Shown one piece after another: positions 31,375 through 43,007 of a stretch of 64,000 bases of DNA. The notes under the pieces are model-generated. The model was not told where the DNA came from and ran no database searches. It saw only the letters and a program-made list of their open reading frames with translations. Made by a program: the position numbers and the translations under genes. The stretch comes from Ptychomitrium polyphyllum (lineage: Eukaryota), in the NCBI GenBank assembly GCA_973851085.1, contig OZ316775.1, positions 15,438,001 through 15,502,000 on the forward strand, given 5' to 3'. Within the stretch, counting starts at the first letter, position 1; the number at the start of each line of letters is the position of its first letter.

Positions 31375-32043
31375 TTATGTCCGTGACATCACCTCCCCAT
31401 TTACCGACGAGTCCCATGAGGAGCTCTTTTCTTGGCTTGCTTGTCACATTTCTACAAATTCCAAATTTTTTTGAAGGAGTAAAGCAACATACTCTGCTCG
31501 TTGTTCTCTATTCACTGGCTCAACTGGTCCTTGCAGGAAACGCCGATGGCCACCAGCCAAGACTTCTGTTGTTGAAATGTCCCATCCCAAGATCTGATCT
31601 TGATTAAGTCCTTTGAAACATCCTCCAAACAAGATTTTGGGTCCTCCAGGGGTGACTCTTCCAAATTCTAACAAGATGACTAGAGCGCGAGCATCTAAAT
31701 CAAGACTGGAATATGAAGGGTGACTAGTCAATACTTCTGCACGAGGTCGTACTCGACGTTGGGATGTCCCTCTCATATCTTGACTTAGATCCTCCGTTAC
31801 CGAGGGCTGAGAAAGTTGAGTTGGCTCAATAGATGCTGTTGTTGATGAAGGCATGGCCGATTGCTCTTCACGCATATCCATGATAACACAAAGATTTGAC
31901 ATACTGGCTAGGATCTAGAAATGATCTATCTTGGAAATAACGCTGCATACAATTGGAGGTTTGGATATCTCTCCTCCCTTCTTATACTTGTCTATGAAGA
32001 AAAAACTTCTCTGTGAAGCTAACGGCTGCTGATGACACATCAT
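31375..32043 (-). pseudogene. Extra ORF (ORF3) of element B, 222 codons, two internal stops, function unknown
   Basis: The ATG overlaps the pol stop (TGATG). Track ORFs 31915-32127 and 31444-31902 are in the same frame, which continues through the PPT to TAA at 31377-31375. Homologous segments occur in family A. Confidence 0.7.
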
Positions 32044-35000
32044 CACTGACCTGGTTTCTGAGGATATCTTTGATGAAATTCGCGTACCTTCTCGGATGCA
32101 TTTGTTACATTCCTTGAAGGTTCCCATGTTCGGTCATTGATGCCATATTCTTCCCAATGTATAAGGTACTCCACACGTCCGTTCTTGATGCGTGAATTTA
32201 AGATCTCTTCCACTTCATATTCAATTTCATTATTGATTTCCAGCAGAGGAGGCGGAGGGACAATTCTCTCTGGTATACATGATTTGTTATAGGTTTCCAA
32301 CAACGATACGTGGAATACTGGATGAATTTGCATGCTTGGTGGTAGCTTTAGGCGATAACTAACCGGATTTATTTGTTTGCTGATTTCAAACGGTCCAAGC
32401 CTTTGATAGTCCAACTTCTTTGATGGTCTTTTTGTCTGTGTATTTTGTCGCAGGAGCCATACGCTATCTCCAACCTTGAACTTTGGATGGTCCTTCCGAT
32501 GGTGATCTGCATAAGTTTTGTAACAATCTTGAGCTTGTTGTAACTGGAAGGTAATTTCTTGATGGATTTTAGCAAGTTGAATTGCAAAATCCTCTGCTGT
32601 GGGACTTCCAACATGCTTCACTTGGAATGGATCTGCTCGAGGATGATGCCCATAGTTTGCAAAGAATGGACTTTGAGTTGTTGAAGAGTGCACCGTATTG
32701 TTGTAAGCAAATTCTGCCAATTGCAAGAGGTCCATCCAGTTGTCTTGCTGGTAGTTTATGCTACAACAAAGGTACCGCTCCAAAATTTGATTCACGCGTT
32801 CCGTTTGGCCATCAGTTTGTGGATGGTGTGCTGAAGAAAGATTGATCTTTACACATAACAGCTGGAATAGAGCCCTCCAAAAGTTGGAAATGAATTGTGG
32901 CCCCCGATCGGATACAATATCATCTGGTAGTCCATATATGCGGTAGACGTGATTTAGGAACAACTTGGCAGTTTCTTCTCCCATTACCGTCTTATTGCAT
33001 GGAATGAAATGTGCCATTTTGGTAAATCGATCCACCACTACCAAAATAGAATCCTTTAAATTGAAATTTGGAAGGTCCATGATAAAATCCATTGATAAAG
33101 ACAACCATGGGCCCTTTGGCACTGAAAGCGGATGGAGGAGACCATGAGGTTGGTGCCTTGGTACCTTGGCTCTTGCACAAGTGTCGCATGATCAAATAAA
33201 TTCCTTCACGTATTTCCACATTTGTGGCCACCAATAGTTTCTTGCAATCAATTCCATTGTTTTATTGAATCCAAAATGTCCTGCTGCTAGAAAATCATGA
33301 CGTGCTTGAAGGATCTTCAACCGCAAAGGGCCTGGAGGTAGGTACAAAAGTCCTTTATAATAAAGGTAGGCCCTCATGGATTTCAAAATCCTCATCGCTA
33401 TTTGAAGGATTTCCATTGTCTTTGAGGCGCTTCTTTATATTTGAAACAAAAACGTCATTCTTTAAAGCCTTCCGAATTTCGTCAAAATGAGATGTTGTCG
33501 TCATAATCGCTGCTTTCAATTGAAGATTCTCTGGCTTCAATAAAATAGTCCTTTGTTGATTCAAAACATCATCTCCAGGTTGAGGAGCTAAATAAGATCT
33601 TTGAGATAAGGCATCTGGCTTACCTTGCAAGCTACCAGATCGATAGGTAATGACAAAGTCAAATCTGGAAAGCGACATACTCCACGTTGCTTGACGGCGA
33701 TTCAAAACGTGTGCACTCATGAAATACTCCAAGTTTTTGTGGTCTGTGTATATCGTGATAGTATGTTGAGCTCCTTCCAATAAGTGTCGCCATTCTTCAA
33801 ACGCATCCACAATTGCAAGTAATTCTTTATCATATATATCATAGTTGATCTTTGCCGCTGAGAACTTCCTTGAACGAAAGACAAGAGGGTGAAGTCTCCC
33901 GTCTTCATCATATTGTGAGAGTACTGAGCCAATCGCAAAATCTGAGGCATCTGCTTCCAAATAAAAAGGCTTTGATGGATTTGGATGAATTAGAATTGGA
34001 GCCGACGTGAATGACTTCTTAAGACTTTGAAATGCTTTTTCCGCCTCTTCATTTCAAATGAATTTTTGCTTCCCCGTAAGACGTGTTAATGGTGCCGCAA
34101 TCTTGGAATAATTCTTGATGAAAATTCTGTAGAAGTTTGCAAATCCCAAGAAGCATTGAACATCTTGAATTGATCTTGGCGTACTCCACTCTGTGACAGT
34201 GCTTATTTTTTTCTTATCCATATGGATTCCTCCTTTGGAAATGATGTAGCCTAAAAATTCAACCGATGATTCATGGAAAAGGCACTTCTCCAATTTGGCA
34301 TATAATCCTCGCTGGCGTGGTTTTTCTAAGACCATTTGCACATGACATTTGTGGTCTTGTTCATCCTTTGAATATATCAAAATATCATCTAAGTAGATGA
34401 CTACAAAATCATCCAGATATTCATGGAAGATATTTGTCGCGCACCTCTCCTTGAGGAGTGCCCGCAACACTAAGGGCAGAAGGGGGACCCCAAAGTGACG
34501 TCCGGGACTTGTGGCGCCGATAGTGAGGGGAACCGAGTGGGCCTAACATGGGAAGGGGCTGTTCTGGAGTGTGGCAGCCCTACATTGTGACTGTGCTGGA
34601 GTGGAACAGTCCAGGGAGGGACTCCCCGGGAGTCCCAAACCTTAGGAGAGGCGTATCTTCCACAATACTAACTCAAATTGGACGTTTGAGGAGTCTATCG
34701 GCATCTACGCAAAGAGTAGATGACGATAGAGTGGTCACTTGATACATTTGGGCACCAAATGAGGAAGATATGGCGCCCTGAAGGTCCGCTAGGAGTCCGG
34801 AGGCTTCCAGCGGCTAAGTCCCAAGGGGGATCGGGTGGTCTTCCAAAACTCTAGGTGTGTCGGGGTTCAGCTAGCTCCAGAGGGCCAAAGGGCCTGCTGA
34901 ATCCCACAAAGAGTACTGTAAGGGAGGGCTGGTCCCCCTCCCCACTTCCCTAGTGTCCCGGTAGAGACCAAGGGTGAGTTCCGGTTGGTGGAGCTAGTGT

Positions 35001-36541
35001 TGGGGCTTCACCACGGGGACTCCCACACCATTGTGAGCCGGTGGACGGCCGGTTTCACGAAGGGAACTAGCACGTTCAAAAAGGGTACGCTTGTTACCAC
35101 TAAATTGGGGTGGTGTCTTTACGCCGACACCATGATGGCCCGGGGTGATATTAGGATCACTTGGGCATCATGAGTGGTGGTGAGGAGACACCACTAAGTG
35201 CGGTTAGGGCGTGTGGAATGGGAGTAACACCAAGTGAGGCCTTGAACATGAATGGAAGTCCGCACCTAACCATTGGCTACTATTAAATTGGGTGTCCTAA
35301 GAGAAATGGTAAAAAGACTTGGAAAGTGAGAGTGGAGGTTAATCATGTGCATGTGGGGGTGTACAGGGTTGATGCGCGTGACACTTGCTAAGGTGCATTG
35401 CAAGGGTTGCGACAATATCATTCATCATATGTTGAAAGACTGCGGGAGCATTAGTAAGGCCAAAAGGCATGACATTGTATTCAAAATGACCATACCTAGA
35501 TCGAAAAGCTGTCTTCCATTCATCTCCTTCTTTGATGCGTACAAGATTGTAGGCTCCTCTAAGATCAATTTTGGTGAGTATCTTTGCTTGGCCAAGTTGT
35601 TGTAGGAGTCCTAAGATTAATGGTAATGGATAGCGACTCTTTTTTGTTACTTTGTTGAGGCCTCGATAATCCACGCACATACGTAATGATCCATCTTTCT
35701 TCTTTACAAATAGAATGGGTGCTCTAGCAGGTGATTTAGATTGTTGAATGAATCCCTTTCCAAGGTTTTCATCAATATATTCTCTCAAGGCAGCCAACTT
35801 AGTTTGTAATAAGTTATAAATAGGTCCAAAAGGTGGTTGGACTCCTTCTTGCAACTCAATGCTACAATCGTAAGGCTGGTGCTTTGGTAACATGTCCGCA
35901 TTCTTCTTCTAAAAAACGTCTTTATAATCTTGATATTGACGAGGTATGTTTTGATTAGTCTCTATTGTAGAGCTAGACATTGGCGTGGCATAAACGGCAT
36001 AGATTGGTTCATCCTTCGCCGCTCTCATAAATGCCTTAGCTCCAATAAACGATGGTCCAAGATTTCTTGTACCTTGGCGTCTTTTCCTTGAGACCACACT
36101 TCGTGAGCGCCAGTCAATGTCTGGATTATGTAATTAAAACCAAGGAAGGCTCAAAACAATAGGATTCGTTCGGCATTGAATGATGTAGAAGACAATCTTA
36201 GATGCCTGGTCTCCTAAAACAACCTCCAATGGTTGAGTTTCTTCAATAATGTTGCCAGACGCAAGAGATCGTCCATCAATAACTCCAACAGGTGCGGGAT
36301 ATTTCTTCTTCACAAGCACCATGTGATGTTTGGTTGCAAAATCCTTGTCCATAAAACATGCCGTTGCACCAGTGTTTAAGAGAGCCTCACTAATTATTTT
36401 ATCATCTAACAATTTAATTTTGATAGGAAATGTAAAACAAGAGATAGGGCTTGAAGGTAGTAAGAGACCTTGATTTGATGGTCGTTTCCTTGTGGTGTCC
36501 AGTCGCATGGTCCCTACTGTGATTGGACAGCCTCGTTTTTC
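32043..36541 (-). pseudogene. pol of element B (protease, RT, RNase H, integrase, chromodomain), disrupted
   Basis: LLNTGATACF (DTG changed to NTG), [39 protein letters not shown] motif and EYEVEEIL...TWEP chromodomain. Several stops and frameshifts, with insert X2 in RT. Confidence 0.93.
34435..35414. mobile_element. Solo-LTR-like insert X2 (980 bp), opposite orientation to X1/X3, inside the RT of B
   Basis: TGTCGC...GCGACA termini with TSD ATATT/ATATC. It has an internal deletion of about 165 bp relative to X1. Confidence 0.88.
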
Positions 36542-37535
36542 AACTCCACTATTGTGCTTTGAGCCTTAAAAGCAGATCCATTGATTTGGCAGTCGCGCAC
36601 TTTATGTCCAGACTTGCCACAATACAGGCAGAGGTTTTCTCTTCGACGCCTTTCTTTTTCTTCTGGAGTCAAGCGTTTGAACTGGGCAGCATCAATTTGC
36701 ATAGGTTCTGGTCCTTGCGGTCGACTTTCGGATACTCTTGAAGAAGTGATAGCCATATTTTGATGTACTAGTCGCCATCCCAAGCGTTGTTCTTGGCGCC
36801 TCTCAAATAGTCTATTGTCACATGCTATTGCCTGAGTGATGAATTCGTCCAATGTTTCAACTCTTGGCATTGTGAGTAGCAAATCCTTGACATTCTCTCT
36901 TAAGCCCCATCGAAATTGTGTGACCAAGGCTCTATCATTCCAATCAAGGTTGCAAGCTAATTGATGAAACTCTGCAGCATATATTGCAGCTGAGCGCTGC
37001 CCTTGTTGGAGACTCTGGATCCTTGTCTCAGCCACCCTCTCTCGGTCGGTGTCTCCAAAAGTAGATGTCAATGCTTCTATAAAAGCATCTAAGTTGTTCA
37101 ATAATGATGACTGCTTCTGCATTAGTGGTGCAAACCACGATAGTGCATTGTTTAATAAAAGAGTGGCCACAAATCCCACTTGAGTAGTGCCATCAGGATA
37201 GCGAGATTGATGCAAACTAAGGAAGAGTCTTACTTGTTGAATAAAGCCTCTCAATTTTGATCTTGATCCATCAAACTTGTCTGGCATGCTAATCTTTGGC
37301 TCTGCGTGGGTTCGACGGAAACCTTCTCTTCCAATATTGGCCTCTTGCAATCAAACAACCTCTTAATATAGGCTTTGAATATCACCATTGGATTCTTCAA
37401 TTTGCCGAGTGTGTTGCTGCAAATTGTTAGTCGTATTAAAACGGGCAAGTTCCGTTTGAATTGTGTTTAATAATTCTTGAAGGTCTGCAATAGTTGCAAA
37501 CCTATTCTCTGATGTTCCAGGCACGTTATCTATTT
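36514..37535 (-). pseudogene. gag of element B
   Basis: PDKFDGSR, LQQG..SAAIYAAEF, PEPMQID and the zinc knuckle CLYCGKSGHKVRDC. The 5' part has a stop and a mutated start. Confidence 0.9.
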
Positions 37536-40500
37536 CTTAAGACTCTCAAAGACAGAAAGAGTATGAGTATCTTCAAAGGAGGAAATCCACGTATTTTGAA
37601 AGAAGTAATACATGATTCTAGAAAGAGAAACCAACTCTATGGTGCCAGCTTAAAGGAGGGTAATCTGCAACTTCTAAGACGCTATGGAATCCTAAAGAAG
37701 ATGGATAATCCACAATCTTCTTCAAAGAACCTTCGCTCTGACAAAGATGAAAAGTAGTCTTGCCAAACTGTTAGGGACACAAGAAACAAGAAGCAGAAAC
37801 GAAGTGTTTCCCAAGAATTAGCTTCCAAAGAGCTAATGATTAACAAGAAATTGATACAAAGACTTAGAACAAGGCAGGATTCAAGATGATCCACAACTTG
37901 TGTTGGCAAGACTAAGAAATACCTTGTCTTGCCTCCTATTTATACTAGGACGTTTGTATCTCCTAGGATACTTCTAAAGAAGCTTCCTACAAGGCTTAAG
38001 AATGTTCTGGAAGTCTAAGGAACCTTCTCAAGAAGTTTCCTAAGATGTTGGAACCTTCCTAAGTAGCTTCCAAGTAATTGGAAACTTCTTTGGAAGCTTC
38101 CAAGGATTGGGACCTTCCTAGGAAGTTTCCTAAAGTGATGGAACCTTCTTAGGAAATTTCTTAAGGTGATGGAACCTTCCTAGGAAGTTTCCTAAGGTGG
38201 AGGAACTTTCCTGGGAAGCTTCCTAAAAATATAAAAAGGTTATGGAGACATCTAAAAGTATTCTAAGAAACTATTATAGTATACTAGAAGGTTCTAGAAT
38301 GTTCTAAAGACTATGTTGCATGATTTATGTCCGTGACACCGTTCATATGGACTTCTCCAACCACTACTTATTCTAAAGCAACCATGGTCCTCTATTTCAA
38401 TGGATTTTATTATAGATCTTCCATTGTCAATCTTTTTTGATACCATCTTTGTTGTGGTAGACCGATTGGCTAAGATGGCACATTTTTTATTTTGCATTAG
38501 ACAATTAGGGATGAAGAGACTGCCACACTCTTTATAAATAATGTCTACCGCAACCATAAATTATCTCATAATATTATATTGGATCGTGGACCATAGTTTG
38601 TATTAAGATTTTGGAACTTGCTCTTTGAAATTTTTAAAGTGGACATAAAACTTTCTTCAGCCTTTTATCCTCAGACCAATAGCCAAACAAAGCAAGTCAA
38701 CCAAGTCTTGGAACAATATTCAAAGTGTACCATCAACTATTAACAATATGATTGGACTTCGTATTTGACATTTGCTAAGTTTGCTTACAACAACACCGCT
38801 CATGCTTCTACCTAATAAATGCCATTCTACTTCAATTATGGACATCATCCAAAGATGGATATGTTACAACTTCCATAATCTAAGAATCTAGCAACAGAGG
38901 AATTTTTCTACAAGGATGGCAGAGCTTCAAACAATCATGAAGTCTCAACTAGAAGAAGCTCAAGAATGATATAAAATAGTAGCAGATACAATAAAAAAAG
39001 AATAACCTCCATTCTAAGTTGGTGAAAAGGTGTAGTTCCTTCAATGCAATATAAGGACCAATAGGCCATGTGACAAGCTGGACTATCGCAAATTAACACC
39101 ATTTGTAGTAAAAAAATAAGTCAATCTCTTGGCATATTGTTTGAAACTACAACTATCAATGAAGGTACATTCTATCTTCCATGTTTTACTTTTGAAAACT
39201 TATAAAAAATAAAGTATCCCTAGATAAAGGTAACTGCCACCACCTATGGTTAAAATCGACAATCATCATGAATATGAAGTGGAAAAAGTGCTTGATTCAC
39301 AAATAAGATGTAGAAAGCTAAAATACTTGGTTCATTGGCACGGATATAATATCAATGAATGTACATAGAAGCCAGCTAATAATCTTGCCAATTTATTAGT
39401 AAAAGTTTGTGAGCTCTATCAACAACATCCATCCAAACCAAAATTAGCAGTATAAAGAATAGTGGCTCAATAAGATTGCATAATCTTGAAGGTTCTTGAT
39501 GCTTGGATTTTTAAGTAAGAGGAAAAGCAATTTCTAGATCATAAGTTTCCAAAGCCCTAGACATGATATAGAAATTAATTATTTGTATTTTGAAGTTTTT
39601 TATAGTTCTTTGAGAGTAGCTAAATATATTATATATAGATAGTCAAGATGCAGATACTATGTCAGTGGTGTCAATCCAATTGAGTGGCTCTCATTGACGA
39701 TCTCATGATGAAGAATACATTGGACCAAGAAGACGTCAAAGGATACCTAGTAATAGATTGTTAGTGATTGTCTTTGAAGTAGAGCCAACTTATAAAGGTT
39801 ATTTAGAAGTAGTGTTTGAAAGACACCTTTACAACAAAGATATAAAAATTTATGCTTGGTCCTAAATAAAAGGCGTTGGACACTATTGATGGTTATAAAG
39901 ACTCATAAACCATTTGAATTGTGAAAAGCATTGGAGCATATTGTAGACACCATGCAATAAATTTTTGACTTCTTACGAGTCTAAGCATTTGTTGCAATAT
40001 GTTCCTTGGAGACTTTAGAGCTAGAAGAGGAAGTGATGCCACGGACATACATATTAGAAGCATCTAGAAAGGTTCTTAGAAGGTTTAGAAAGATCCCAAA
40101 GAAGTTATCTTAATTTAGAAAGCTTCTAAGGAAGCAACTTGAGGTTGCTTGAGTATAGAGCATTGTAGTAGAAGCTTTCCAAGAAGCTTCCAAGGCATGT
40201 AGTTCTAGTATATATAAGAGTCGAGGCTGAAGAAATCTTCAATCTCAACAATGCATTTCTTATAGTTAGTTCAGACCTTATGGCCTTGTCTTTGTACCTT
40301 GTTATAGCTCTCTACTTCTAATATATCTGAGAAATATCTTATTTCACATTATTTCACATTGGAATCCTGAAGCCTTATCTTGGAGTTACTTTTTCCGTAA
40401 TACAACAATATCAAAACTTGGTCTTTTTGACAAAGAACAAAACTCCTTCTTTTTGAAAATAATATAACATTCTAAAGGTTGTGGATTACCTTCCTCTAGG

Positions 40501-43007
40501 TTGATATTACCTCTTGAATCTTTGTTGGTTTTTGTTTAGTCAGCAATTTCTATTTTATTTTTATGTCGGGAGGTGAAGTAGTCAATATGACTATTTAAAA
40601 AATAATCAAATTATATTTCATTATCAATGCCCTTGAAGCATTGAGGATCAAGAGTGAAACTTTATCCAAACAAAATGAAATTTTTTATTTGACCATACAT
40701 AATGGTTAAGGAGCAAAAATACCATAATTGCTACCTCAAGTCATCTTAAGTGCTCCATTTTTTAGATCCGCTTTATTAGAAAACGCACAAATTTAAGCTA
40801 GCATATCAATGTTGAAAGCCAAGGAACCAAGAATTATCCTTTTGGAGAAGTTTGTCGTTACATTTTCAAAATTTTGAGGTTTGTTATCCAAGTTTAGTTT
40901 TTTACTTTGCTCCATCCTTGACAATATGTTATAGAAGCTTCACGCGTTGATTTGGTGGAAACATTGTTTTTAAGACAAGCATTGTCTTGATTTGCACCAC
41001 TTTTTGAAAGAATTTTTCTATATTTAACAACTTTGATGCGTTCTTACTTGCTTTTGCAAAAGCATTTGGTAACCATGATAAGCTGTGTTCTACAACCACT
41101 ACAATTTGTGCCTTGTGCCAAAGGCTACGTTCAATATCAATTTATGCATTAGAATTTTGACAATTTGCATGCAATATCAACTCGAGAGAAAAAGCGTTAA
41201 TGAGTCAATTTTATTGAGGCATTTATGATGAAATGAAGGATTTGTTGCTATCCATGCCAAATCCCTAGACACTTGATGAGGCCATTATTCAAGCTTTGAA
41301 GTGTAATAATTGTCTATTTCAATATTAACAAGATAAATAAGCTCTGATTATGTTGGAGCCATATGTCAATTTCTTAGTAGCTTTAGCCCCGTCTACCTTT
41401 AATAAGTATTTGGAAGCAAAAGCTGTGCAAATTGATGCGGTTTGCTTCAAATTCTTTATTGAATATGAGAAGAAGGACAAAGATAATAAGATTGTGTTTA
41501 TATTGTAGAAAATTTGATTACAAGGTTGATAACTGCCCAGAGAAACCTCTACATATATATCGGATGACGGATACAACCACAATGCTAAATGCATTGTAAG
41601 AAAATGAAGAGGTTCAGTCACAATAGAGACCGTGCGTCTAGACTGCTTTCTTTGCAAAAAAAAGGGTTATGTTTTCTTAATCCAACTTTCTTTTTGTTTT
41701 ACTATACGTGTTTATTTAGGTATTCAAAAGTTCAAAAGCCTTATTATATTTAATTCAGGGGCGTCTGCTTGCTTTATTAGTGAAGAATTTTTGAAAATCC
41801 ATAAGTTTTTTTTATTAGAAAGCTCCAGCTAGTCCATGTAGAAGTCATAGTTGGCTTTTCATCTTCCAGAGGTGTTTATTTATGAGACCAATCTATTAAA
41901 AATAACATTGGATAACCATAATAGCCAAGTGGTGTTTAATGTCATTAGATCTCCATGAGTTCCATCATCCGAGGATTATTTTATTAGAAAAATACAATCC
42001 ACATATAGATTAGGCATTTTGTAAAATAAAATTTCCAATACTAAAATCCGTAATTAGCAAGCTTAGAAAGAAAGTTCATGCATCTCACAGATCTAAGGCC
42101 TTAAAGCTTCTCTTTATTAGAGCTAGAAGATTTATGAAGACAACAAAAAATGACACTTTTTTTATTGTATATGCGACTCCTATGCCTACTAATGTGATTT
42201 CATCATTAAAATTCCAAAAAAGTATAAAAACTCCAAGATGTATTTGAACAAAGAATGCAGACATCCTACTAAAACATTGCTCCTACAATTATACCATTGA
42301 CGTCTAAAACAATGCTCAACCATCATTTAGATCTATTTATAACTTGTCTCAATCTAGGCTTTTGGCATTAAAAGAGTATATTGATGAAAACTTAGTGAAG
42401 AACTTCATTCAACATTCAAAGTCTCCAATTGATACTCTGATATTTTTTGTAAAGAAGAAAGATGGATTTTTACAAATGTGTGTTGATTACTGCAACTTTA
42501 ATAAAGAAATGGTGAAGAAGTGATATCCATTGTCATTAATATTTGGACTTCTTGATCAACTTTGCTAAACAAAAGATCTATATAAAAATAGACCTATAAG
42601 GAGCCTATAATTTGGTGCGCATAAAAGAAAGAGACAAATGGAAGACAACATTTCAAACAAGGTATGGACATTTTGAATACAATGTCATACCTTTTAGACT
42701 TACCAATGCACTTGCTAATTTCCAACACTTGATAAATGACATATTTCAGAAATATTATGATGATTTTGTTGTATGCTACTTTGATAATATCTTGATTTAT
42801 TCATAGAACTGAGAGGAGTATAAATAACATTCTCGCATAGCTTTACAAAAACTACAAGATGTTGGTTTGTATACCAAGTTGGAAAAATGTGTCTTCCATG
42901 ATTATCAAGTGGAAATCTTTGGCTATATTATCTCAAATAAAAGACTATTAACGGATCCAAAGAAGGTTAAAGCAAATAACAAATGGACAAGGCCAAAATC
43001 AATACAT

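Larger units (their letters stand above)
30880..38338 (-). mobile_element. Near-intact Ty3/Gypsy chromovirus, family B (Tcn1-like); 5' LTR 37769-38338, 3' LTR 30880-31388
   Basis: TG...CA LTRs differing by a few substitutions and a repeat-number indel. Perfect TSD CCGTT at 30875-30879 and 38339-38343. PPT TGGGGAGGTGA. Domain order gag-PR-RT-RH-INT-chromodomain. Confidence 0.96.
25606..40402 (+). mobile_element. Decayed Ty3/Gypsy chromovirus, family A, unit 1 (LTRs 25606-25934 and 40037-40402)
   Basis: Gag CCHC remnant, protease (LIDSKAFACF), RT, RNase H, integrase and chromodomain remnants with many stops. PPT AGAAGAGGAAGTGA before 40037. Interrupted by three inserts. Confidence 0.88.

Noticed and set aside
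34054..35893. Odd ends of the RT ORFs (MLRALLKERCAT..., ...[15 protein letters not shown])
   Set aside because: These are read-through into insert X2, not novel RT domains.
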